From Nostoc sp. (lineage in GTDB: Bacteria; Cyanobacteriota; Cyanobacteriia; Cyanobacteriales; Nostocaceae): DNA of 64,000 nucleotides. Position 1 is the first letter of the stretch. The number at the start of each line of letters is the position of its first letter. Positions 18,908 to 30,358 of the stretch are shown piece after piece. The DNA lies in assembly GCA_036918135.1 (NCBI GenBank), contig JBALDB010000039.1, forward strand, positions 64,001 through 128,000. Reading direction: 5' to 3'. The notes below the pieces were generated by a model, which saw only the letters and a program-made list of their open reading frames with translations, did not search any database and was not told the DNA's origin. The position numbers were made by a program, and so were the translations under genes.

Positions 18908-20566
18908 TTACAGCCTACAACTCAACTCGCCGGCTTTTTGACTGAAGCGCCAGTTTTCCCGATAATCTACGGGACAATCTATCACGGCAGGTACATCTTG
19001 AGCGAGGGCTTCTTTAAGTACCGGAATCAAATCTAGAGTTGATTCAACTCGGTAGCCTTTTAAACCCATGCTTTCAGCTAATTTGACAAAATCAGGATTG
19101 CTAAAATGCACAAAGGATGAGTTTCCTTTGCCAAATTGATTTTCTTGCTTCCATTCAATTAATCCATAGCCACCGTCATTGAAAATTATGGTGACAAAGG
19201 GTGTATCGGCACGCAAGGCTGTTTCTAATTCTTGGCAATTCATCATAAAGCCGCCATCGCCTGTTACAGCTACGACTTTGCGGTTGGGATGAACGAGTTT
19301 CGCTGCTAAAGCGCCAGGAATGGCAATACCCATAGCTGCGAAGCCGTTGGAAATTATGCAAGTATTAGGGCTATGGCAATGATAATGACGCGCCATCCAC
19401 ATTTTATGTGCGCCAACATCAGAAATGACGATATCATCTGGCCCCATCACTTGCCGCAAATCATAAATTAACTTTTGCGGCTTAATGGGAAATTCGTCAT
19501 CACGGGCATACTGTTCGTAATCAGCCCGAATATCTGACCTTAAACTGATAGCAAAGGGATCGGATTTACCTTGTCGGTCTGCCAATTTTAAAATTTCATT
19601 GAGAGAATCAGAAATATCTCCCACTACTTCGGCGGTGGGAATATAACTACTATCAATCTCCGCCGGATTTACCCCAATATGCACAATGGGAATTTCACCA
19701 TTACGATTCCATTTCTTCGGCGAAAACTCAATCAAATCATAGCCGATCGCAATTACTAAATCTGTGTTATCAAAACCACAAGTAATAAAATCTCTTTGCT
19801 GTAATCCCACTGACCACAATGCTAATTGATGTGTGTAGGGAATCACACCTTTACCCATAAAAGTATTAGCAACAGGTATATTCAGCAAGGTAGCAAATTG
19901 TGTAACTACATCACTTGCATGAGCGCGAATTGCCCCATTTCCAACTAAAATTAATGGGTTAACTGCTTGGCAAATTGCTGCTGCTGCTGCCCGAATGCTA
20001 GCAAAAGATGCATAGGTTTTTTCGCTATTATCCTTACGCAAAGGTTTGCCTTCGACGGGCATGGCAGCAATATTTTCTGGTAAATCAATGTGAACTGCAC
20101 CGGGTTTTTCCGATTGCGATCGCTTAAATGCTTTCCGCACTACTTCTGGTGTAATACTCGGTCGCACAATCTGCTTATTCCATTTAGTAACAGGTGCAAA
20201 CATTGCCACCAAATCTAAATATTGATGGGATTCAATGTGCATTCTATCTGTTCCTACTTGACCAGTAATCGCCACTAAAGGCGCACCATCGAGGTTTGCA
20301 TCTGCTACTCCAGTCATCAAGTTTGTTGCCCCAGGGCCAAGAGTAGAAAGACACACTCCGGCTTTTCCTGTTAAGCGTCCGTAGACATCCGCCATGAATG
20401 CTGCACCCTGTTCGTGACGAGTCGTAATAAACTTAATGGAAGAATGTTTTAGCGCTTCCAAAACGTGCAGGTTTTCTTCACCAGGGAGTCCAAAAATATA
20501 TTGCACTCCTTCGTTTTCTAGGCATTGCACCAATAATTCTGCTGTATTCATTTTATTTTCCGACAA
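18908..20566 (-). CDS. ogdA: ThDP-dependent 2-oxoglutarate decarboxylase (often annotated acetolactate synthase large subunit)
   Basis: MNTAELLVQCLENEGV..GLPGEEN, TRHEQGAAF and the GDGGFMM..N ThDP motif; directly downstream of SSADH, as in the cyanobacterial TCA shunt. Confidence 0.85.
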   Translation of the reverse strand: MSENKMNTAELLVQCLENEGVQYIFGLPGEENLHVLEALKHSSIKFITTRHEQGAAFMADVYGRLTGKAGVCLSTLGPGATNLMTGVADANLDGAPLVAITGQVGTDRMHIESHQYLDLVAMFAPVTKWNKQIVRPSITPEVVRKAFKRSQSEKPGAVHIDLPENIAAMPVEGKPLRKDNSEKTYASFASIRAAAAAICQAVNPLILVGNGAIRAHASDVVTQFATLLNIPVANTFMGKGVIPYTHQLALWSVGLQQRDFITCGFDNTDLVIAIGYDLIEFSPKKWNRNGEIPIVHIGVNPAEIDSSYIPTAEVVGDISDSLNEILKLADRQGKSDPFAISLRSDIRADYEQYARDDEFPIKPQKLIYDLRQVMGPDDIVISDVGAHKMWMARHYHCHSPNTCIISNGFAAMGIAIPGALAAKLVHPNRKVVAVTGDGGFMMNCQELETALRADTPFVTIIFNDGGYGLIEWKQENQFGKGNSSFVHFSNPDFVKLAESMGLKGYRVESTLDLIPVLKEALAQDVPAVIDCPVDYRENWRFSQKAGELSCRL

Positions 20567-20741
20567 CTCTATTAACGAATAAGACTTTTGTCCTCTCTTA
20601 CAAAGTTCTGTTCGCCCTTGGCGTTGCCGCAGGCATCCAAGGAAGCCTTGGTTCAGACTTTGCGCTTTGTGATTTGTCCTTCGTCATTAGTCATTTGTCA
20701 TTTTTTTAGCTAATGATCAATGACAAATGACCAATGACTAA

Positions 20742-22109
20742 TCATTTAATCCAAACAGTTTTAACATTGACAAACTCATGTATACCTTGGATACTCAATT
20801 CTCTGCCATATCCAGAACGCTTAATGCCACCGAAGGGCAATCGGGGATCGGATTTAACCATACCGTTGATAAATACGGCACCGGCTTGGATTTCTTCAAC
20901 CAAGCGATCGCGTTCTTGGTCGTTAGTTGTCCAAGCGCTTGCACCTAAGCCAAAGGGTGAGTCATTAGCGAGTTTTATGGCAGCATCGATATCTGAAACC
21001 CGGAATAACAAAGCTACTGGGCCAAAGAATTCTTCTTTTGCAATTGGTGTGTCGGGTGGAATATCTATGATGATGGTTGGTGGATAAAAGTTTCCCGGAC
21101 GATCTAATAAAGGATGTCCCCCAATCAGGACTTTACCACCGCTTTTTGTAGCAGTTTGCACTTGTTGGTCTAAATCCTGGAGAATCCCAGGAGTTGCGAG
21201 TGGCCCTAACTCGGTATCTGGTTGCATGGGATCGCCCACTTTCAGCGCCTCGAATTTATCTAACAACAGTTTTTCAAATTTGTCAGCGATCGCTTCTGCG
21301 ATAATGAAGCGTTTGGCTGCTATACAAGATTGCCCGTTATTTAACATCCGCGCTGTAGTAGCTGTGACAACTGCTGTCTCTAAATCAGCACTTTCTAACA
21401 CAATGAAAGGGTCGCTTCCTCCCAATTCCAAAACCGTTTTTTTAATTTGTTTGCCAGCAGCGGCGGCGAGGGATGCGCCTGCTGGTTCGCTTCCTGTCAA
21501 GGTGGCAGCTTTTATGCGGTCATCTGCCATTAAGTCGGCAACTTTGGCAGCCCCAATCAATAAAGTTTGAAACACGCCTTCTGCAAAACCTGCCCGTCGA
21601 ATAATTTCTTCAATTGCCAAGGCGCACTGCGGCACATTGGAAGCGTGTTTGAGTAAGCCGACATTTCCCGCCATGAGTGCGGGTGCTACAAAGCGGAAAA
21701 CTTGCCAGAAGGGGAAATTCCACGGCATCACAGCCAGAATTGCACCTAAAGGTTGGTAGCGAACAAAACTATGATTGGCATCGGTTTTTACCGCAACATC
21801 AGCCAAAAAATCAGGGGCGTGTTCGGCGTAGTAGCGACAGACACCGACGCATTTTTCGACTTCAGCGATCGCAGCTTTCAAAGGCTTACCCATTTCCAGA
21901 GTCATCAACTTTGCAAATTCTGCTTTTTCTTGCTCTAGAATGTCAGCAGCTTTTTGTAACCAGTGCGATCGTTGAGAGAAACTAGTCTGGCGATAGTCTG
22001 CAAAAACGCGATCGGCCAAATCGAGTTTAGCGTTAATTTCTACATCGTTGAGTGGCTCAAAGGTTTTAAGCGTCTCCCCAGTGGCAGGATTAATCGTGGC
22101 GATAGCCAT
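20742..22109 (-). CDS. gabD: NAD(P)-dependent succinate-semialdehyde dehydrogenase
   Basis: MPWNFPFWQ, LTGSEPAG, ELGGSDPF, GQSCIAAKR, EEFFGP and LPFGGIKRSGYGREL motifs. Confidence 0.93.
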   Translation of the reverse strand: MAIATINPATGETLKTFEPLNDVEINAKLDLADRVFADYRQTSFSQRSHWLQKAADILEQEKAEFAKLMTLEMGKPLKAAIAEVEKCVGVCRYYAEHAPDFLADVAVKTDANHSFVRYQPLGAILAVMPWNFPFWQVFRFVAPALMAGNVGLLKHASNVPQCALAIEEIIRRAGFAEGVFQTLLIGAAKVADLMADDRIKAATLTGSEPAGASLAAAAGKQIKKTVLELGGSDPFIVLESADLETAVVTATTARMLNNGQSCIAAKRFIIAEAIADKFEKLLLDKFEALKVGDPMQPDTELGPLATPGILQDLDQQVQTATKSGGKVLIGGHPLLDRPGNFYPPTIIIDIPPDTPIAKEEFFGPVALLFRVSDIDAAIKLANDSPFGLGASAWTTNDQERDRLVEEIQAGAVFINGMVKSDPRLPFGGIKRSGYGRELSIQGIHEFVNVKTVWIK

Positions 22110-22485
22110 TACCTGACCTCCCGTTAAAAAATAGCTTTAGGTAGGCTTCCTAGTGTTACACAGATCTATTCTGGAAGCCACCACCCAAATTCTAATCTTT
22201 TAGTTAAGAAGCAGCTGCTTAATATTACAATTTTGCAATTATTTGTGAAAAAAAATATACCAATCAATAAGTATTAATATCCGTGATGAGTACGCTTGAT
22301 TGTGGACTATGCTGCATTAGTTAGTAGCAAATTTTATTAGATACAGAGGAATTGGTTATTTGTTTCTCGCTTGTTATTCCCTGGCGATTGCTTCTGGTTT
22401 TGTGTGAGAGATAATGGCGATCGAAGAAAATAATTTAGGTATTTATGAGTGGTATGTGTGGGTGGCGATCGCACTTTTACTCACT

Positions 22486-24159
22486 TTATTCCTGCACAGT
22501 CATTGGCAGACAAATGGTGAAAGTAGAACCAACTCCCGGCTGACTGTTGACAATAATTTCTCCACCCATCATTTGGCAAAAGTGACGGCTAATTGCCAAA
22601 CCAAGTCCTGTACCGCCGTACCTTTTGGTAGTCGATGTATCTCCTTGTGTAAAAGGTTGAAATAACTGCTGCTGTTGACGGTGAGACATACCTATACCTG
22701 TGTCGCTCACAGTAAAAGTAATGCTCCCCAAAGGAGCTTCTAGTTTCAAGTCATCTTTTTCTCTTTTGACTGTCAGCGTCACCTTGCCGTTTGTCGTGAA
22801 TTTGGCTGCGTTACTCAATAAATTTAATAATACTTGGCGCATCCGAGTTTGATCGGCGAACATAGTGCCAAGTTGCTCATCCAAATCTACTTCTAAGACA
22901 TTGGCATTTTTTTCTATAGTTGGTTTGACTGTAAGCACGACATTATGAATCAGCGTTGCAATCTCAAAAGTCTCTGGATAGAGAGTCATTTTCCCCGCTT
23001 CAATTTTTGACAAGTCGAGGATTTCGTTAATCAAATGCAGTAAATGTTTACCAGCAGAGTTAATTGTTTCTAAGTCTGTAATAAAGTCTGGCGATAAACC
23101 AAGATCGGTAGCGTCGTCTTCTAAAAGTTGGCTCAAACCAATCACAGCATTCAAAGGTGTGCGTAACTCATGGCTGACATTTGCCAAAAATATGCTTTTT
23201 GCCTTGCTAGCAGCTTCAGCTAATTCTTTGGCTTGTTGTAATTCTTTAGTTCGTTCAGAGACTCCCTCAATCAAACGATTCAGAGATTTGGCGAGTAGAC
23301 CAATTTCATCTTCAGTGGTAATGGGAGCTCGCAAATCGAAATTAGATTTCCTCGCCACTTGCTCAGCCACTTGGGTAACAACGATCACTGGCTCGGCGAT
23401 CGCTCGACTAGTGCGCCAAGCGATGATAGCTGCGATCGCTACCGAAACCAGCATACTCGCAATCACGATGAATCGTTCAACTACTTTTGCTTGCTCAACG
23501 GATTGTTGCCTTTGTTGCTCTTGATCTTCAGCAGCTTGCAGGATATTAGTCAGGTTTTGCGAAAGCTGATCTAGCCGCATAGCTGTTTCACTACGCATGA
23601 TTTTTAATAACTGCGATCGGGCTAAAGAAATCTCCTGAGGCAATACTTGCTGGGAATCAATTTTTTTTAAAACCGCCTCAATTTGGTCAACATAAGCTTT
23701 TAAATTAGTGTTGTAATCCTGCAATAACGTCTGCAAAGTAGAACTTGTTGCAGCTAGTCTTTGGGGGTTAGTCTCGATAAATCCGTTAATTTCTGACTCT
23801 AGTTGCTGAGCTTTTTCAAAACTTTTGAGAAAATCAGCTTTTTTGCTTTCCAACCGTTGTGAATTTTCCAACAGAGCAACTAAATTAAAACTATGCAATT
23901 GTGCCCCTACTACTGCATCTTTATAATTACTCAGTAGTTGTCCTTGCTCGTGGGCTTGATTTAATTGCCTGACTTCCCTTCCTCGGTAATAGTTGGCGAT
24001 TACCAACCCAGTGAGTGAACCAAAAAAGCCAATTCCAATAGCTACAAAGTAGCCATAGCCAATTTTTTGATGAATGCGCCAAGAACTGGCTTTGAGTTTC
24101 CCTCGTGAGGGAAATTCTATAGTCGGGAGTTCGTCTGTTGATGGTTCTGACGCTGACAC
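22486..24159 (-). CDS. membrane sensor histidine kinase (2 TM, HAMP, HisKA, HATPase)
   Basis: [26 protein letters not shown]-box; [16 protein letters not shown] and GGTGLGL boxes. The start is uncertain (see findings). Confidence 0.93.
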   Translation of the reverse strand: MSASEPSTDELPTIEFPSRGKLKASSWRIHQKIGYGYFVAIGIGFFGSLTGLVIANYYRGREVRQLNQAHEQGQLLSNYKDAVVGAQLHSFNLVALLENSQRLESKKADFLKSFEKAQQLESEINGFIETNPQRLAATSSTLQTLLQDYNTNLKAYVDQIEAVLKKIDSQQVLPQEISLARSQLLKIMRSETAMRLDQLSQNLTNILQAAEDQEQQRQQSVEQAKVVERFIVIASMLVSVAIAAIIAWRTSRAIAEPVIVVTQVAEQVARKSNFDLRAPITTEDEIGLLAKSLNRLIEGVSERTKELQQAKELAEAASKAKSIFLANVSHELRTPLNAVIGLSQLLEDDATDLGLSPDFITDLETINSAGKHLLHLINEILDLSKIEAGKMTLYPETFEIATLIHNVVLTVKPTIEKNANVLEVDLDEQLGTMFADQTRMRQVLLNLLSNAAKFTTNGKVTLTVKREKDDLKLEAPLGSITFTVSDTGIGMSHRQQQQLFQPFTQGDTSTTKRYGGTGLGLAISRHFCQMMGGEIIVNSQPGVGSTFTICLPMTVQE

Positions 24160-24961
24160 TTCTTTGCTTTCTGAACTGCTGTTGATAGAGGTTGGCTTTT
24201 GAAGTTGGCATTTCTCAAACCTCCTTGCCTTCCCGCAAACATCACCAAATCAGTCTAGCTTGTGCAAACACTTCAACGGTGATTAACATCTAGATTATCC
24301 TCTTTTATAGCAAGAGCAAATCATTACTCACTAGATAATTAGCATAAGCTTATGCTATGGACTAGGGACACTTCGACATAGTTCGACTCCGCTCACTAGC
24401 CGCTTAGTGCATCGTTGGGGATTGAGGACTGGGGATTAGCAAAATTTGCAATATCCACAATCCAATCTCTAACGTGCATATCATAAAACCGTTTTAAAGT
24501 CTAGTATACGCGAACACAGAAAAACTCATATTACGTATTAATATCAATACCAATGCGCTGATTAAGCATCCCGCCTTAAGATAGCTTTAATATGGAATCT
24601 AATCGACTTTTAAGCTTATATAAATGAGAAGTGGATTGATTTTTGCATGATTTGTACTTAGATTTAGTACGATTATGAGCAAATGACACGGGATCGGATA
24701 ATCTACAACCTGAGGATTCTAGCTGATGATAAAAAATACAACTCAGAAAGTTGATTATAATACATTTTGCTGCCTTTTGAGTTATATCCTCCTACTGACT
24801 TTCTACCTTGTAGTTGATGCAGTAGATATTACGGGGCAATTATGGTTATAGGATACTAAAACCGTTTTCTGCTCTTGACCCAATTGTAGTGGAGTGTATT
24901 ACCTAATCAACAGCCTTTCGGTTGTAATCATCGAGATTAGAAAAACTCAACTCTCAAATTT

Positions 24962-25411
24962 ATGGAAGTGAAAATGCCAGAACAAGAATTTACGGAAACC
25001 ACATCTAAAGAGGCTACAGTGCCAGAAATCAACTCTCAAACGGGAACTATAACCAAACTCCAGCCGCCAGCGCAGCCTCAAGATGAATGGCTAAAATACG
25101 GAGAGCAAATTTCTAGCTTTTTAGCAACATTGCCCGAATATGTAGCAATCTTCTTTAATCGATATAAGCAGCCTCTGGTTACCATTGGTTTAATTTTGGG
25201 AGCGATTGTTGGGGTTAAAGTACTCTTAGCGGTATTAGATGCTTTGAATGATATTCCCTTAGTAGCTCCTACTTTTGAGTTGATTGGTATTGGTTACTCT
25301 GCTTGGTTTATTTACCGCTATTTACTCAAAGCCTCAACAAGGAAAGAGTTAACCAGTGAAATCACTACTCTTAAATCACAAGTTGTCGGTAAAGAAATTC
25401 CAGAAGCTTAA
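24962..25411 (+). CDS. CAAD-domain (CurT/CURT1-like) thylakoid membrane protein
   Basis: LLAVLDALNDIPLVAPTFELIGIGYSAWFIYRYLLKASTRKEL. Confidence 0.9.
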   Translation: MEVKMPEQEFTETTSKEATVPEINSQTGTITKLQPPAQPQDEWLKYGEQISSFLATLPEYVAIFFNRYKQPLVTIGLILGAIVGVKVLLAVLDALNDIPLVAPTFELIGIGYSAWFIYRYLLKASTRKELTSEITTLKSQVVGKEIPEA

Positions 25412-25785
25412 TATCTGAACTATCGCTTCTCCTGCAAAGATGTCACGCTATTGCTAAGCGTAGCCTCTTTTGTGGGAGAAGTTTTGCTCTAAATAAACCC
25501 AAGCTGGTCGGGTTGTACAACAAGGAACTTTTGAAGAACTAGCTGCTGTTGAGGTTTATTTGCCCAGTTAATGGCTCGCCAAATGGCGTAGAAAACCAGA
25601 AAACCGCCCCCCAGCTCCTTACCCCCTGCGGTCTTAATCATAAGTCTTTCACCCAGACACGATATCATCTCCTCATCCCCCACTTTCCCTAAGACAGTCT
25701 GTCAAAGATTTTTTAATTATGTGGAGAATACAGAGAAGGCATTACTTAGGGTAAATTACACTAAAGTCTTAAATGGAGATTGTCG

Positions 25786-26565
25786 ATGCAACTTCTCGAA
25801 TTTCCTCGTGTTGCAGTCATTGCTGGAGAAAATGCGGTTCGCGTTTCTCAACTACCCCCTATATGGCAAGAGATTGCGAGAGGAACCACGAGTGTGGGAC
25901 TTTCCCATCCCCAAACTTATGTTGAAATGGCACAGTTGTTTCTATACAAGTTAGAGCATGGTGATGTTGATTTGTTTAGCGATCGCCCCCAACTAGCTCA
26001 CTTAATACCGTCATTCTCCCAAATTTTTGCACAGCTAGCGTGGGAAACCCTAGAATTTTTTGGACAAGACTTTAACAAACACAGCTATCCAAATTTTACA
26101 GAAATTCTCCGCGATGTGGAATCAAAGGGAATCGAGTATGCCGAGCAAGTAAAAGTAGCTCGTATAGGTATAGACTTATTCAATGAATTTGGCTATGAAC
26201 TGCCTGCTAGCTTCTATCACGTACATTTAGCACCAATTTATCGGGATCATATTTTTGAAGAACGCGCTTTACGATTTGACCCCCGTGATATAGAACACAA
26301 ACGTGCTTGGGATGCCATACTCCATGCAGGCAAGGTATTTGCCATTCAAATGAAAGTGCAAAGCATTGCCTCAAAATATGGTTTTACCTATCAACATGGT
26401 TGCGGTTGCAACTCTCACCTATCTTCCATCGATCCTGCACGTGGGGCGTTTGAGTATGAATTGAGTCCCGAAAAGCGCCAGCGATGGCTTCGCAGTTTCA
26501 TCTGGACTGCTTGGTATGAGTATGCCTTCTTTGCGCTCGTACCTAATACGAGTTATTTGGTGTAA
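25786..26565 (+). CDS. hypothetical protein with an HGCGCNSH motif
   Basis: Long open ORF (track start 25780; first ATG at 25786); His/Cys cluster near the C-terminus. Confidence 0.8.
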   Translation: MQLLEFPRVAVIAGENAVRVSQLPPIWQEIARGTTSVGLSHPQTYVEMAQLFLYKLEHGDVDLFSDRPQLAHLIPSFSQIFAQLAWETLEFFGQDFNKHSYPNFTEILRDVESKGIEYAEQVKVARIGIDLFNEFGYELPASFYHVHLAPIYRDHIFEERALRFDPRDIEHKRAWDAILHAGKVFAIQMKVQSIASKYGFTYQHGCGCNSHLSSIDPARGAFEYELSPEKRQRWLRSFIWTAWYEYAFFALVPNTSYLV

Positions 26566-26671
26566 AAGGGACTAGGGAGGTGGGGAGATGAGGGAGATGG
26601 GGCAGAGGGCGGGGGAGAAAATTTTCCCCTCTGCTCCCTGCTCCCTGCCTCTTCCCATGCCCGATGCCCTT

Positions 26672-27202
26672 TTAGACATTCTCATCCAAAATTGTCCCCT
26701 CTATATTTGCCCCCTCCAAATTTGCTCCGTTTAAATTTGCCTGATTTAAATCTGCTTCGGTAAGATCTGCTTGGGATAAGTCGGCTACGGTTAAATCTGC
26801 GCCACTCAAATCGGCTCCATTTAAATTTGCAGCAATTAAGCTTGCTTCCTGTAACTCCGCCTCACTCAAGTTAGTTTCAATTAGCTTGGCAACCGTCAAA
26901 TCAGCGTGACTCAAATTAGCTCCATCCAAATTTGCTCCTTCCAAGATAGCGCCATCCATAATCGCTCCAGATAAGTTGCTACCACTGAGGTTGGCATTGC
27001 TCAAATCTGCTCCATTCAAGTCTGCCTCAATCAAACTAGTTTGCGCTAAATTGGCGTGACTCAAATTAGCTCCATCCAAGATGGCTCTATCTAAAATTGC
27101 ACCTTTGAGGTTTACTTCCCTAAGGTTTGCCTCACTCAAATTGACAGCAGTAAAATCTCTTATACCTGCGGCGTAATTTTTCAGGAGTTGTTCTGTATTC
27201 AT
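26672..27202 (-). CDS. pentapeptide repeat protein
   Basis: LLKNYAAGIRDF followed by A(D/N)LXX repeats. Confidence 0.95.
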   Translation of the reverse strand: MNTEQLLKNYAAGIRDFTAVNLSEANLREVNLKGAILDRAILDGANLSHANLAQTSLIEADLNGADLSNANLSGSNLSGAIMDGAILEGANLDGANLSHADLTVAKLIETNLSEAELQEASLIAANLNGADLSGADLTVADLSQADLTEADLNQANLNGANLEGANIEGTILDENV

Positions 27203-27466
27203 ATCTGTTTTGCGTCTGTTGCTCTGCTAAAGAACGTTGAATTGAAGCTATTCAAATGGGCAGGAATCCCCAGCACGCGCTACGGAAGCTCTAGATGTGG
27301 AGTAGGTACAAAGTTACCTGTCCCTACTTTAGCCATTTTGAACTGCTGGTGCTACTACCGAGAGTTGTGAATTACTCTCATACTTGAGAGAGATGTTTAG
27401 GAATTATTTAAGCATTTATGCCAAGCGATCGCTATACTCTATTGTGGTATTCGTCTGGCAGAGGTT

Positions 27467-28357
27467 ATGGCAAAACCAATTCGTATTCTTTTGCAGACTA
27501 CAATTCCTACGACTGAAAATGATTGGAGTATTTTTCGTTTCTCGTTGTTGCAAGATTACTTAGCATCAATTAAAGATGAAGCGGGAAATTCTTTATTTGA
27601 AGTCACAGGACGCGATTACGAATCAGATACAGTAGATGGTGACCCAATATTAAGTACTCTCGACAAATCAGATTTTGATGAACTTTGGCTATTTGGTTTA
27701 GAAGTAAATCATGGTTTAACCGAAAAGGATATTGCCGGAATTAATGCTTTTCGGCAACGCGGTGGTGGGATTCTAACAACACGCGATCATCAAGATATGG
27801 GTTATTCGATGTGCGGTTTAATTGACATTGGTGATGTCCATTATTTCAACACAAAAAACCCCGATCCCGATGAATCTCGCTGGAGCCGAGATGATTCATA
27901 CACCACTTATATCTCCTGGCCTAATTATCATTCTGGGGCTAACGGTGATTATCAAAAAATTACCATTGTTGAACCGATTCACGAACTTTTCAAAAATCCC
28001 AATTCCCCTTCGGGACATATCGAATTGTTTCCATCGCATCCCCACGAAGGCGGTATTGGTGCGCCTGTGGGCAATGATAATGTGCGGGTAATTGCCTTAG
28101 GGAAAAGTTTAGTGACTAATCGTAAGTTCAATCTTGTTGTAGTGATTGAGCATCATCAGGATCGACAAGGAAATACACTAGGACGAGCAGTAGCTAATTC
28201 CAGCTTCCACCATCTAGTAGATTACAACTGGGATATTGAAAAAGGCTGTCCCACTTTTGTAGATGAAGCACCAGGAGATGGTATGAAAAAAGAGCCACGC
28301 GCTTTGGAAGATATCAAAACCTATGTGCGTAATGTCGCTTTCTGGCTAGCAAATTAA
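27467..28357 (+). CDS. hypothetical protein, possibly class-I GAT/ThuA-like fold
   Basis: FDELWLFG...INAFRQRGGGILTTRDHQDMG, HPHEG and SSFHH motifs. Confidence 0.75.
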   Translation: MAKPIRILLQTTIPTTENDWSIFRFSLLQDYLASIKDEAGNSLFEVTGRDYESDTVDGDPILSTLDKSDFDELWLFGLEVNHGLTEKDIAGINAFRQRGGGILTTRDHQDMGYSMCGLIDIGDVHYFNTKNPDPDESRWSRDDSYTTYISWPNYHSGANGDYQKITIVEPIHELFKNPNSPSGHIELFPSHPHEGGIGAPVGNDNVRVIALGKSLVTNRKFNLVVVIEHHQDRQGNTLGRAVANSSFHHLVDYNWDIEKGCPTFVDEAPGDGMKKEPRALEDIKTYVRNVAFWLAN

Positions 28358-28669
28358 TTTAAAAGGGTGTGGGGTGTGGAAACCCACGCGCAAATAGTAG
28401 GATTGAAATAAGAACGCCGTATTTCATCGCACTACGTGTCTCGAAATACATCTTTTTTTTGGAGCGGCTCTTACCCACCCCGAATGAGGATCTTTCTCTT
28501 CCCCTACACCCACAAAGTTCTGGGATTAGGGACTGAATTCTTACCCCCAGTAGCCAATGTCTAATCTTCAGTCCCTTTTACATACTCAATACAAATTGTA
28601 GGTACACAGTCGAAACTCGCTTTCTGCCTTGTTTAAGTACCCAAGGAAGCAAATAGTAATTCTCTGGTT

Positions 28670-29467
28670 TTAGGTTACTATAGGCAGCTGCCCTAAAGTA
28701 TTCTCTAAATTAGAACTATCATCACATAAAAGTTTCATTACCTCATCTTTATATTTCTGAAATATGGGATAACGCTTGATTTGAGGATCGTATTTACTCG
28801 GCAATTGAATTTGCAATTCTTGCTTAATAGTTCCTGGTAGCGAGCTGAATACATAAATGCGTTGAGATAGAAAAATTGCTTCCTCAACATCATGAGTAAT
28901 CAGAAAAATCGTAGTATTTGTGTTCTGCCAAATTTCTAATAGAAATTGCTGCATTACTTCTTTAGTCTGCACATCTAACGCCCCAAAGGGTTCATCCATA
29001 AGTAAAATTTTAGGTTTAGATGCTAAAGCGCGAGCGATCGCCACGCGTTGTTTCATCCCACCAGAAAGTTCCTGCGGTAGCGCCTTGGCAAATCGTGACA
29101 ACCCCACCATTTCTAAATAATAAGCAGCTTGTTGTCTTCTGAGTACTTTCGGTACACCTTGTAGCTTTAAGCCAAATTCTACATTTTCTAGTGCATTCAT
29201 CCAGGGATAGAGAGTGTAGCTTTGAAATACCATACCGCGATCGCACCCCGGCCCTGTGACGCGTATCCCATCAACCAGGATCTCTCCCCCTGTTGGAGTT
29301 TCTAACCCTGCAATTAACCGCAGTAAAGTTGATTTACCACAACCACTTGCTCCTACTGCACAAACAAATTCACCTTCTTCTACATGCAAACTAATATTTT
29401 TAAGTACAGTCAAGGAACCGCGTCTAGTTTGAAATTGTTTGTGGAGTTGATTAACTTCTAAATGCAT
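28670..29467 (-). CDS. guanidine ABC importer ATP-binding subunit (TauB/NrtD-like)
   Basis: GASGCGKST, LSGGMKQRVAIARAL and LMDEPFGALD; operon context. Confidence 0.9.
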   Translation of the reverse strand: MHLEVNQLHKQFQTRRGSLTVLKNISLHVEEGEFVCAVGASGCGKSTLLRLIAGLETPTGGEILVDGIRVTGPGCDRGMVFQSYTLYPWMNALENVEFGLKLQGVPKVLRRQQAAYYLEMVGLSRFAKALPQELSGGMKQRVAIARALASKPKILLMDEPFGALDVQTKEVMQQFLLEIWQNTNTTIFLITHDVEEAIFLSQRIYVFSSLPGTIKQELQIQLPSKYDPQIKRYPIFQKYKDEVMKLLCDDSSNLENTLGQLPIVT

Positions 29468-29509
29468 AAAAAGCCAATTCTTAAATGGAAATTTTTTATC
29501 TTTAATATC

Positions 29510-30358
29510 TTAATCTTTAGCCCACCTACAACATACACGTAGTAACAAGCGAAACAAAAGGTCAATTGCTAACCCAATTAAGCCAATTACAATTAATCCA
29601 GCAAAAATTTCATCTGTTTTTAGATATCTTTGAGCAACACTAATCCTACGACCTAAACCTTCTGTTGCTGCTACTAATTCTGAAACAATTACTAAATTCC
29701 AAGATGCTGCTATGTTAACACGACAAGCATCAATAATATTGGGGAGAATAAATGGTAAAATTACTTGTAATAAAACTTGTTTTCTTTGACCTCCTAAAGT
29801 GTAAGTACTTTCCAACAAATGCTGAGGAACAAATTTCACTGCATCCATCACCATTAAGGTGTTAAAAAATAGTGTGCCGATAAAAATCAGCATAATTTTT
29901 GGAGTTTCTCCCAGTCCAAAATATAAAATTAGTAAAGGAATAAAAGCTGGGGCTGGCATATAACGTACAATGCCAATGATTGGTTCTAATAATGCCCTAA
30001 TACTAGCAAAAGTCCCCATTAAAGTACCTAAAGGAATGGAAACAATTGCCGCTAGGGAAAAACCAGCTATCACTCGAAACAAGCTAAAAACAATGTCTTT
30101 TTGTAAATCACCACTTACTGAAAGTCTTTGAAATGCACCCCAGACTTGATTAGGGGTAGGCAAAAATAAAGATGAAATTAATCCAGTATTAGAAACAACC
30201 CACCACAAAAGTATCGGGATCGTGATAGACAAGAACATCAAAGTCCAAGCTAAATTTTGGGGAATATCCTCAGCAATGCGCCAAAAAATCGTTTGTGGTA
30301 ACATTTTTTGAGGAAGCTGAGAATTTAATTTCTTCAAGTCTTGAGTGTGTTGGTTCAT
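29510..30358 (-). CDS. guanidine ABC importer permease
   Basis: RYMPAPAFIPL, EAA-like LESTYTLGG, and SELVAATEGLG. Confidence 0.9.
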   Translation of the reverse strand: MNQHTQDLKKLNSQLPQKMLPQTIFWRIAEDIPQNLAWTLMFLSITIPILLWWVVSNTGLISSLFLPTPNQVWGAFQRLSVSGDLQKDIVFSLFRVIAGFSLAAIVSIPLGTLMGTFASIRALLEPIIGIVRYMPAPAFIPLLILYFGLGETPKIMLIFIGTLFFNTLMVMDAVKFVPQHLLESTYTLGGQRKQVLLQVILPFILPNIIDACRVNIAASWNLVIVSELVAATEGLGRRISVAQRYLKTDEIFAGLIVIGLIGLAIDLLFRLLLRVCCRWAKD

